A stretch of 13,820 nt of DNA from a virus (taxonomy: Duplodnaviria > Heunggongvirae > Uroviricota > Caudoviricetes): positions 69,543 to 83,362 of the IMG/VR virus record IMGVR_UViG_3300034105_001678; one strand, 5' to 3'. The notes beneath the pieces were generated by a model. That model was not told the origin of the DNA. It searched no databases and saw only the letters and a program-made list of their open reading frames with translations. The position numbers were made by a program, and so were the translations under genes. How positions within the stretch are numbered: the stretch's first letter is position 1; each line of letters begins with the position of its first letter. Positions 6,963 through 13,820 of this stretch are shown one piece after another.

Positions 6963-7928
6963 TTAATAACCACTCCACATTGGTGATCCTGAACTTAATG
7001 ACCTTGGTGCGTCTGGTATTTGTATAACCGTATCTGTTGGGTATTCCACCCTATCTGTGTGTGCATTTTGTGCTCCATTATATCCTCCCGCCCAATATCC
7101 GTGATTCTGACCCATAACTGGTGATTGTTCACCATTAGCTAAAGTTTGGTTATATGGATTTGTTTGATATGAATATGTTATGTGCATAAATTTCATAAAT
7201 GGATAGGTTACATTATCCCCAATAACATATGATTTAGCATCTTTTGTTGGTAGTCCTTTACCCCAAGCACCTAAAGATGTTGTATAGTTAGGTGAACAAG
7301 ATATAGATCCCCAAGTTTCAGTTGCGTATGGATATCTTCTAGTCACACCATCATTACCCAAACTAAATCCCGCTAATTTATCAAACCAAGCTTGTGTATA
7401 TGCGGTTCCAGTTGCAATACTACCATCACTAGCTGCCACCCAAGTATCTGCCGCGAAGTTTAATTTATCGTAGTTAGTACTATTTGCGTTTGCTAAGGTA
7501 TATGCTCTAGTCCCAAAAAAAGAACCGTCGGTGTTGTAACCAATACCGTGTTGTATTTGTGATGAACTATTAGCACTTGCGTAGTTTCTATTATTGATGT
7601 TAGTACATACTTCAGTACTAAATGCCATTTTTTGATTTATTACATCTCCACCGCACCAAAACATATATCCGTTTGTGTGTGAACTTGCCCAACCTCCATA
7701 ATATAAACTTGATCGTAACGATGCGTTTGCAGATGTTCCCCAAGCATCTGTTGCATTTTGTATTGTTGTTACAACTGACCAAACTGAAGAACCAATATAA
7801 CCACCACCGATATATCCTTTAGTTAAGGATAAACCATTCTTATAATCATCGGCAATGTATTCAAGGTTCAAAGCTGAACCATTGTATTTCATTGTTCCCG
7901 TATAATTTATTTGTCCGTATACTTTCAT
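6963..7928 (-). CDS. Six-bladed Kelch-like beta-propeller protein, paralog 2 (321 aa)
   Basis: About 43-50-aa repeats: GYIGGGY..NATDAW, GYMF..FSTEV, RAYTL..FAADTW, GFSL..YATETW, KSYVIG..ITYSY, GYWAGGY..YPTDT. The C-terminal PRSLSSGSPMW is a candidate velcro strand. Confidence 0.75.
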   Translation of the reverse strand: MKVYGQINYTGTMKYNGSALNLEYIADDYKNGLSLTKGYIGGGYIGSSVWSVVTTIQNATDAWGTSANASLRSSLYYGGWASSHTNGYMFWCGGDVINQKMAFSTEVCTNINNRNYASANSSSQIQHGIGYNTDGSFFGTRAYTLANANSTNYDKLNFAADTWVAASDGSIATGTAYTQAWFDKLAGFSLGNDGVTRRYPYATETWGSISCSPNYTTSLGAWGKGLPTKDAKSYVIGDNVTYPFMKFMHITYSYQTNPYNQTLANGEQSPVMGQNHGYWAGGYNGAQNAHTDRVEYPTDTVIQIPDAPRSLSSGSPMWSGY

Positions 7929-7932
7929 ATTA

Positions 7933-8904
7933 TTAAATTGGACTCCACATTGGAGATGCTGAACTTAATGATCTTGGCGCGTCCGCAATTTGAACGACCG
8001 TATCTGTATTGTGAAACACTTTGTCACTATGCGCATTTTGACTATAGGTACCTTGATATCCACCAGCTAAATAACCGTGATTCTGTCCCATAGTTCCTGC
8101 GTGTTCACAGTTGGGTTGTGTTTGACTTCCAAAATTTACAGTCCACGTTGATATACTATTTCTAAATTGGAATATTGTATTATTATACCAACCACTATTA
8201 CCCGCAACATACGCCTTACCTTTTTTAGTATTAAGACCTTTCTCTAATTGTCCTTGTGGCATACCCATAGTAATTGGTCCACTAACTGTTGAAAGTGTTG
8301 ACCAAGTTTCGGATGCAAATGGAAATATTTTAGTGTAATTATTTAACGATGCAAAGTTCCAACCATACTCTTTATCAAACCAACCGTAAGCGTGAGATGC
8401 TTGACCTATGTTACCATCCGACCTTGCGGTCATTGAATCTGTTGTAAAATCTAATTTATCATAACTAGTTGATGAGTTTCCACAAGTGTATGCATATCTT
8501 CCATATGGTACTCCCGTTGTTTCAAATCCAACACCTTGTTGAATCAATGATGGTGAATAACTACCATTTGTTCTTGCTGCGGTTGTTGTAACTGTCTCAT
8601 TGGCAAACATTACTTTATTAACTGTGGATGCATTTCCTTGAAAAACATAACCGAATGTATGTGCTGAAGCCCATCCTCCGTAATTGGTTGTGAATGTTAA
8701 TATATTAGATGAAGTTGCCCAAGCATCTGTCGCATAACTTAATAATGTTATGGTATTCCATACTGAAGCACCAACATAACCACCACCAATCAAACCACGA
8801 ATAAGAACTAATCCTAATTCGTAGTGACTATCTAAAACACTTTTAATATCTCTACCTTGTACTGTTAGATTTCCCGTAAAATTTACATCTCCGTTTACTT
8901 TCAT
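7933..8904 (-). CDS. Six-bladed Kelch-like beta-propeller protein, paralog 1 (323 aa)
   Basis: Same repeat architecture: GLIGGGY..YATDAW, FANETV, FTTDSM, FASETW, ISTW, GYLAGGY..HNTDT, ending in PRSLSSASPMW. Starts 1 nt after the fibre stop. Confidence 0.75.
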   Translation of the reverse strand: MKVNGDVNFTGNLTVQGRDIKSVLDSHYELGLVLIRGLIGGGYVGASVWNTITLLSYATDAWATSSNILTFTTNYGGWASAHTFGYVFQGNASTVNKVMFANETVTTTAARTNGSYSPSLIQQGVGFETTGVPYGRYAYTCGNSSTSYDKLDFTTDSMTARSDGNIGQASHAYGWFDKEYGWNFASLNNYTKIFPFASETWSTLSTVSGPITMGMPQGQLEKGLNTKKGKAYVAGNSGWYNNTIFQFRNSISTWTVNFGSQTQPNCEHAGTMGQNHGYLAGGYQGTYSQNAHSDKVFHNTDTVVQIADAPRSLSSASPMWSPI

Positions 8905-8905
8905 A

Positions 8906-11900
8906 TTACAGTCCTAATTTACCTTTTAATTCTGTTATAATCAAGTTCTGTTCGTTTATTTCTTGCTTTAATTCTTTAACTGCCTCAATAAGATATGCAT
9001 TTATTCTACCGTAAGAAACTGAATCAACTTCACCATCTTTATTTTTAAGAACAACTAATGGTGTTACATCATACATTTCTTCCGCAATCACACCCGCCTC
9101 AATATTACCACTATCTTTTCTTGTGTATGTTACACCTCTCATTTGAAGTATCTTATCTAAACCGTATTTAATTGTTTCAATATTTGTTTTATATCGAATG
9201 GATGAATTTTCAGTAAAAATACCACCAACCGTTATACTACCTTTGGTATAGAAGTTACCAGTTGCTGAACTCATTTCAGCAACAATGGATGGTTGACCTG
9301 TTGATGTTCCCGCTTCCCAAGTCCAACCATAACCGCTAGAGTTTTCAATGAAACTACGAAGTGCCCACGATGTTACAAAATTACCAGCTGCAGGTGAGGT
9401 AATATTACCCGTTGGTCCAGTACTGGCAACGTTTACTGCTGCCATATATTGACACCACGCCGTATAACCACTTGAATACCAATTAATACCGTGAGTTGTA
9501 TTGGCACTTCTTTGTATAAAATGACTTCTAGCATATAAATCAACAAATGTTGGTGAGTTACCCGTACCAACACTTTGGTTAATCGTATATGCTGTTATGT
9601 TACCTGCAGTACCTGCAGTTGAAGCATATGACACAGATTGTGAACCAATGTTACCCGTGGTAATTGCATCTGTTATTCCATAACCACTTATTGTTGTTGG
9701 TTTTGATGAAACGTTTGCGAAAGATATACCTGTGATGTATCCGTTTGGATTCGTTGCGTTATATGGTGTATAACCTAACGCTGTTGTAACGTTACCACTG
9801 GTTATACTCGAAATATATCCCGATGGGTTAGTTGCATTGTATGGGGTAAATCCAAGTGCCGTTGTTACATTACCACTCGTTATACTTGAAATGTAACCAG
9901 ATGGGTTCGTTGCGTTGTATGGAGTGTAACCTAATGCGGTTGTAACGTTGCCGCTAGTTATACCTGTTAAATAAGCACTATTATTTGTGAACTGTGAAAT
10001 GTTCATTGAACTTAATGCTCCCGCTGTCGCTACCGTTTGTGAACCAATATTACCACTATGTATAAACTCTCTCCAAGTTTGCCATCCACTATCATTTCTT
10101 CTTCTAAAATACGCAACGTCCGAAGCGTAATCAAACGCTAATTGTGTTCTTCTATCAAAGTTATTACCAATATTAACAGTTCTTATATTTGGTGATGATA
10201 ACGGTGGTGTACCTGAAGGTACTGGGTCAAATGTTGTAAAACTTTCTCCCCAATCAGAATCTATATTACCAGTTATTGTACCATTAGATTTTACAGAATC
10301 AGTAATTCCATATCCACTAAGTGTTGTTGGTTTTGATGAAACGTTAGCAAATGATATACCTGTAATATAACCCGATGGGTTAGTTGCATTATACGGAGTA
10401 AATCCTAAAGCTGTTGTTACATTACCACTGGTTATACTTGAGATATACCCTGATGGATTGGTTGCGTTGTATGGAGTGTAACCTAATGCGGTTGTAACGT
10501 TACCACTAGTTATACTTGAAATGTAACCAGATGGGTTAGTTGCGTTGTATGGTGTAAATCCTAAAGCCGTTGTTACGTTACCGCTCGTTATACCTGTTAA
10601 ATAAGCACTGTTATTTGTGAACTGTGAAATGTTCATTGATGTCAACGCGCCCGCCGTAGTTGCTGTTGTTGCATTACCACTTAATGCGCCTGTGAACGTT
10701 GTTGCACTTACTGTTGAGAATGTTGGTGTACTAGTTGTTAATACTGCTTGGTTTATAACTGAACCATATCCTATTGTTGAACTTAAGGTAATTTGTGCAC
10801 TACCCGATACCAAACCAGACGGTATACTACCAATTGATCCGAATGTTATTTGAGACGAGCCCGATACTATTGTTGTTCCTGTTGAAACAATTGTACCATT
10901 AATAACGGTGTTAGATAAAACAGTAACGGTTGTACCGTCATCTGTTATGTTTGAATCATTTAAGTGATCTCCTCCGGCAGATTTTGCAATTCTACCACTT
11001 GTTAATGTTAATTCACTTCCTAATGAACCAGAGCTACGAGGTCCAGATAATATAACACCACCACCATACGAAGCCTCACTTGAGTTTTGATAAACCCACC
11101 TATTATTAACTGAGTCCCATAATAAAGATCCTGTCGCGATTCCAACCGAACCCGAATCGTGAACTTCTAATCCACCAAATCTAGAACCTGGACTCGCTGT
11201 GTTTACTGTAATAATATTATCCTCAACTCTTAATTGAGATGATGTCACATATGTTATAGATGAGGAACCAAAAACTGTTAAGTTTTCAGTAATTATTACC
11301 GAACCACTAATTGTTTGTAAGCCTTTGAATGTGTTAGAACCGGTGGTTGCGTAACTACCACTTTTACCTTCAATCGAATCTAACCTATTGCTTTGATTTA
11401 ATGTTGTGGTAGCAATTGAAGAACTTAATGATCCAATACTAGAACTTAATCCGCTTGTTGTTGTTGCAACTGATGATGATAAACTCCCAATACTAGAACT
11501 TAATCCACTTGTTGTTGTTGCAACACTTGAAGATAAACTTCCAATACTACTTGTTAAAGAAGAACTTAATCCTAATGTTGTAGTTGCAACTGAAGAAGAT
11601 AAACTTCCGATTGAACTAGACAATGAGGAACTTAATCCTGATGTAGTTGTTGCAACGCTTGAACTTAAACTTCCAATGGAGGAACTTAATCCACTAGTTG
11701 TTGTTTCGACACTAGAACTTAACGAACCAATACTAGAACTCAACCCACTTGTTGTGGTTGCAACAGAGCTAGATAATGAACCTATACTTGTGGATACACT
11801 TGAGCTGAATGTTGAATATCCTGTGGTACCTGTTATTAAAACTTGATCACTTCCAGATATAACTGTTTCCGTGTTAAGTTTATTTTTAATTGTGGTATCA

Positions 11901-12742
11901 ATAGAACTAGTAAATGTATTTAAACTACTTGTTGATGTTTGTAGTGTTCCAATTATCGTGTTATTAGAACCTGTGTAGGTATTCAATGAACCAATAGACC
12001 CCGTCACTCCTTCGATAGAAGTCAACCTACCATTCTGAGTTGTTTCTACTGTATTGTTTGAACTTGTAAAAGAATTAAAATCTGTTCTTATTGAAGAACT
12101 ATCCGATTCAAGTGATGTCAATCTACCTGAAGCACTCGATGTGAATGTATTTAAAGAACCTGTCGATGTTTGTAAAGTTCCGATTACCGTATTATTACTA
12201 CTAGTGTAGGTGTTTAACAAACTAACAGAACCTGTAACTCCCTCAATAGATGTTAATCTACTATTTTGTGTGGTGTTAGTTGAATCATTTGAACTTGTAT
12301 ATGATTGAAATGTTGTTTCATCCAACTTTCCTGTACCAACAGGGACACCATTTAAAGTTATTGATCCCGAAATGGTAAGTGCTCCCGTAATTTCTGTATT
12401 TGAATTAACCCTTAATCCATTCGAATTTGAAATGGATGCTGTGGCAACCCCATCAGCAATTTGAGTTAAATTAAGACCCGTAACCCCACTTGCTGGAATA
12501 TTATATAGATTTGTACCGTCACCCTTAAAGGAACCAGTGAAGGATCCTGTAGTGTACGATGAGGTGAATTGGTGAAAACTTGAGGTTAAGGTGTATTTTG
12601 GGGCTTCGGATGCGGTTAACGCATTAGTGGTTGTTCCACTAACCGTAGCATTTATCGTTCCTAGTACGGTTAAGTTTCCTGAAATCTCAGCTGAACTCGA
12701 TACCGATAGCGATCCAGATATGTGTGCGTCAAATATATTCAT
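8906..12742 (-). CDS. Long tail fibre / receptor-binding protein with a C-terminal Peptidase_S74 intramolecular chaperone (1278 aa)
   Basis: C-terminal SSIRYKTNI...GVTY...GVIAEE...P..V...SVSY...LIEAVKEL is the S74 pattern (Ser1180/Lys1185). Also two KPTTxSGYGITD fibre motifs, a knob-like RTQLAFDYASDVAYFRRRNDSGWQTW segment, a VEDNIITVN...LLWDSVNNRW shaft motif, and an S/T/G-rich stalk. Confidence 0.92.
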   Translation of the reverse strand: MNIFDAHISGSLSVSSSAEISGNLTVLGTINATVSGTTTNALTASEAPKYTLTSSFHQFTSSYTTGSFTGSFKGDGTNLYNIPASGVTGLNLTQIADGVATASISNSNGLRVNSNTEITGALTISGSITLNGVPVGTGKLDETTFQSYTSSNDSTNTTQNSRLTSIEGVTGSVSLLNTYTSSNNTVIGTLQTSTGSLNTFTSSASGRLTSLESDSSSIRTDFNSFTSSNNTVETTQNGRLTSIEGVTGSIGSLNTYTGSNNTIIGTLQTSTSSLNTFTSSIDTTIKNKLNTETVISGSDQVLITGTTGYSTFSSSVSTSIGSLSSSVATTTSGLSSSIGSLSSSVETTTSGLSSSIGSLSSSVATTTSGLSSSLSSSIGSLSSSVATTTLGLSSSLTSSIGSLSSSVATTTSGLSSSIGSLSSSVATTTSGLSSSIGSLSSSIATTTLNQSNRLDSIEGKSGSYATTGSNTFKGLQTISGSVIITENLTVFGSSSITYVTSSQLRVEDNIITVNTASPGSRFGGLEVHDSGSVGIATGSLLWDSVNNRWVYQNSSEASYGGGVILSGPRSSGSLGSELTLTSGRIAKSAGGDHLNDSNITDDGTTVTVLSNTVINGTIVSTGTTIVSGSSQITFGSIGSIPSGLVSGSAQITLSSTIGYGSVINQAVLTTSTPTFSTVSATTFTGALSGNATTATTAGALTSMNISQFTNNSAYLTGITSGNVTTALGFTPYNATNPSGYISSITSGNVTTALGYTPYNATNPSGYISSITSGNVTTALGFTPYNATNPSGYITGISFANVSSKPTTLSGYGITDSVKSNGTITGNIDSDWGESFTTFDPVPSGTPPLSSPNIRTVNIGNNFDRRTQLAFDYASDVAYFRRRNDSGWQTWREFIHSGNIGSQTVATAGALSSMNISQFTNNSAYLTGITSGNVTTALGYTPYNATNPSGYISSITSGNVTTALGFTPYNATNPSGYISSITSGNVTTALGYTPYNATNPNGYITGISFANVSSKPTTISGYGITDAITTGNIGSQSVSYASTAGTAGNITAYTINQSVGTGNSPTFVDLYARSHFIQRSANTTHGINWYSSGYTAWCQYMAAVNVASTGPTGNITSPAAGNFVTSWALRSFIENSSGYGWTWEAGTSTGQPSIVAEMSSATGNFYTKGSITVGGIFTENSSIRYKTNIETIKYGLDKILQMRGVTYTRKDSGNIEAGVIAEEMYDVTPLVVLKNKDGEVDSVSYGRINAYLIEAVKELKQEINEQNLIITELKGKLGL
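9668..10654 (-). repeat. Two 357-nt (119-aa) direct copies (10298-10654 and 9668-10024), each with 3 x 26-aa GNVTTALG[F/Y]TPYNATNPxGYI units
   Basis: Translation and DNA alignment by eye. The copies are offset by 630 nt and separated by a unique 91-aa knob-like domain (10025-10297). Confidence 0.92.
11402..11791 (-). repeat. Seven 18-aa (two are 22-aa) SIGSLSSSVATTTSGLSS repeats in the fibre stalk
   Basis: Seen directly in the translation. The DNA copies differ heavily at synonymous sites. Confidence 0.92.
11903..12310 (-). repeat. Two degenerate copies with a 77-aa (231-nt) period (FxSxTSSNxxxxTTQNxRLTSIEGVTGS...LNTFTSS)
   Basis: Units start at 12310 and 12079; RLTSIEGVTGS is identical in both. 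Confidence 0.85.
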
Positions 12743-12764
12743 CTAAATGTGTGTTATACAATAG

Positions 12765-12774
12765 ATAAATACTT
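12765..12774 (-). promoter_or_regulatory. AAGTATTTAT motif upstream of the fibre gene; possible phage late-promoter element
   Basis: Lies in the 54-nt gap before the structural genes, where no sigma70 -35 was found. It resembles the reverse complement of T4-type TATAAATA. Single occurrence, so weak support. Confidence 0.25.
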
Positions 12775-12796
12775 TATATTTTATATTGTGACTTAA

Positions 12797-13600
12797 TTAA
12801 ATTAACGCCTTTTTGGGTTGTGTTAATCCCAATGGTAGGTATTCTCTGAAATTTTTATATATATAATCGAATAATACTCTACCATAGTGTTTATGATGTT
12901 CAATACCAGGATGTAAATTATCTGAACCTAAGTCCATTTTAAACTTATCTAATGCTGTAAATCTATTAAACTCCTTATAATCCGTTAGTAAATGTTTACC
13001 ATCCCATAACCAATTACATTTTTTTGACTCTAAAAATAACTTTATTAACATATGATTTTTATACCAATTTACAAAATCGGCATTTTTATTTTGTAATGCG
13101 TCCATACTACTTTGAATTATTTTACCGTCTTCCGTTTCCGATAATTTTCCCCAGGATTTGGTTGGTATATATGGTTCGATACTATTATCTTCAGTATAAA
13201 TTTCTCTCCTATGTGGGAATGTATACATTATTAAAACTAAATCTGGTTTAATTAAATCATAATAACTCATTAAACACCTACTTATAAAATCATTACTCCT
13301 TCCTCCTGTTCCAAAATTAAAATTTACACTATTTTCAATATGACTACAAAATTGAGCGGGCCAAGTTTCATCATCATTTACACCAACACCTTCAGTGATT
13401 GAACAACCTAATGACATTACCTTAAACCCTTCTTTTTTTATACTGTCACCTCTAAACCCCAATTCATTATATGTGTATACACATTTACCAGTGCTATCAC
13501 CACCAGAAGTTGTGTAAGTTTGATTTACTCTTTCTTTTAATGAATATCTATAAGATGATATTTCAAATCCTTCTGGATTCCAATATTGTAAAGATTTCAT
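12797..13600 (-). CDS. SGNH/GDSL hydrolase-like protein (267 aa)
   Basis: Block I-like LGCSITEG, block II-like NFGTGGRSND, DLVLIM strand, and block V DxxH as DNLHPG. Preceded by YNELGFRG, which is common in this type. Confidence 0.8.
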   Translation of the reverse strand: MKSLQYWNPEGFEISSYRYSLKERVNQTYTTSGGDSTGKCVYTYNELGFRGDSIKKEGFKVMSLGCSITEGVGVNDDETWPAQFCSHIENSVNFNFGTGGRSNDFISRCLMSYYDLIKPDLVLIMYTFPHRREIYTEDNSIEPYIPTKSWGKLSETEDGKIIQSSMDALQNKNADFVNWYKNHMLIKLFLESKKCNWLWDGKHLLTDYKEFNRFTALDKFKMDLGSDNLHPGIEHHKHYGRVLFDYIYKNFREYLPLGLTQPKKALI

Positions 13601-13820
13601 ATCAATTTATTTATTTCCAATGGATTTATGTGTTCGTTTTGTAAAAACCATAATAAAGAGTATCGTTCTCCTTTTAAAATTGGTGTTATTTCGTGGTCTA
13701 TTCTTGTATCAAATAAATATGTATTCCCCATCACTTTATTTAATACGATTTCATTTGGGTTATACAACTTAAAGTCTCCACCCTCAAAATCGTCACTTAA
13801 TAAGACTCCCACAGCATATA
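13597..13820 (-). CDS. 2OG-Fe(II) oxygenase (prolyl-4-hydroxylase-like), C-terminal part; 5'-truncated by the window edge
   Basis: YAVGVLLSDDFEGGDF...GNTYLFDTRIDHEITPILKGERYSL has the distal His and the 2OG-binding RxS. The frame is open to 13820, so the GTG at 13812 is internal. Its TGA overlaps the SGNH ATG (ATGA). Confidence 0.85.
   Translation of the reverse strand, partial: YAVGVLLSDDFEGGDFKLYNPNEIVLNKVMGNTYLFDTRIDHEITPILKGERYSLLWFLQNEHINPLEINKLI

Noticed and set aside
7622-8093. Plus-strand ORFs 7622..7822 and 7911..8093
   Set aside because: Antisense shadows of the propeller genes.
5367-8904. Eukaryotic Kelch (BTB/F-box) proteins or contamination
   Set aside because: No BTB or F-box domain or introns; the genes are operonically packed next to a phage fibre.
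5367-10654. Diversity-generating retroelement (TR/VR pair) among the repeats or paralog 3' ends
   Set aside because: Mismatches fall at synonymous third positions of all base types and are not adenine-specific; no reverse transcriptase or non-coding template in the window.
10617-10853. 78-aa Val-rich plus-strand ORF
   Set aside because: Antisense reading of Thr-rich fibre codons (ACN reads as Val).
9668-11791. CRISPR-like repeat array
   Set aside because: Repeats are in-frame coding units with degenerate DNA and no unique spacers or cas genes.
11406-11846. 146-aa plus-strand ORF with ELNPLVVVAT repeats
   Set aside because: Mirror of the Ser/Thr repeats. Its amino acids vary where the minus-strand protein is invariant, showing that selection acts on the minus strand.
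13024-13251. 75-aa plus-strand ORF
   Set aside because: Antisense to the SGNH gene.
1-13820. Stop-codon reassignment (as in some Bacteroidota phages)
   Set aside because: All genes read full-length in the standard code and end in TAA or TGA. No TAG was seen as a stop or inside a supported gene, so TAG reassignment is untestable here.
1-13820. tRNA, rRNA, riboswitch, strong intrinsic terminators, transposases
   Set aside because: The largest intergenic gaps are 53-70 nt and AT-rich, with no cloverleaf or GC-rich hairpin plus U-tract. There is no room for a cobalamin riboswitch before the TBDR.

Overview
AT-rich window in which every supportable gene lies on the minus strand, tightly packed with 1-12 nt gaps or ATGA overlaps. 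It most likely comes from a large tailed dsDNA phage. The evidence is a 1278-aa tail fibre with a Peptidase_S74 chaperone, a tail-fibre-assembly-like protein, and accessory enzymes typical of large aquatic phages. SD-less A-rich starts and the TBDR N-terminus point tentatively to a Bacteroidota host. In transcription order (right to left): 2OG-Fe(II) oxygenase (5'-truncated) > SGNH hydrolase-like protein > repeat-rich tail fibre > three paralogous six-bladed Kelch-like beta-propeller proteins (the third with an extra ConA-like lectin domain) > internal sigma70-type promoter with a palindromic -35 > coiled-coil protein > tail-fibre-assembly-like (DUF4376-like) protein > flavin-dependent (tryptophan-halogenase-like) enzyme > three translationally coupled small proteins (CxC, 3-TM, DUF2892-like) > a compact TonB-dependent receptor. 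The receptor (544 codons, 1634 to the window edge) is missing from the supplied ORF track because it runs off the left end. No RNA genes, CRISPR arrays or mobile elements were seen. All family calls come from motifs recognised by eye, not from database searches.
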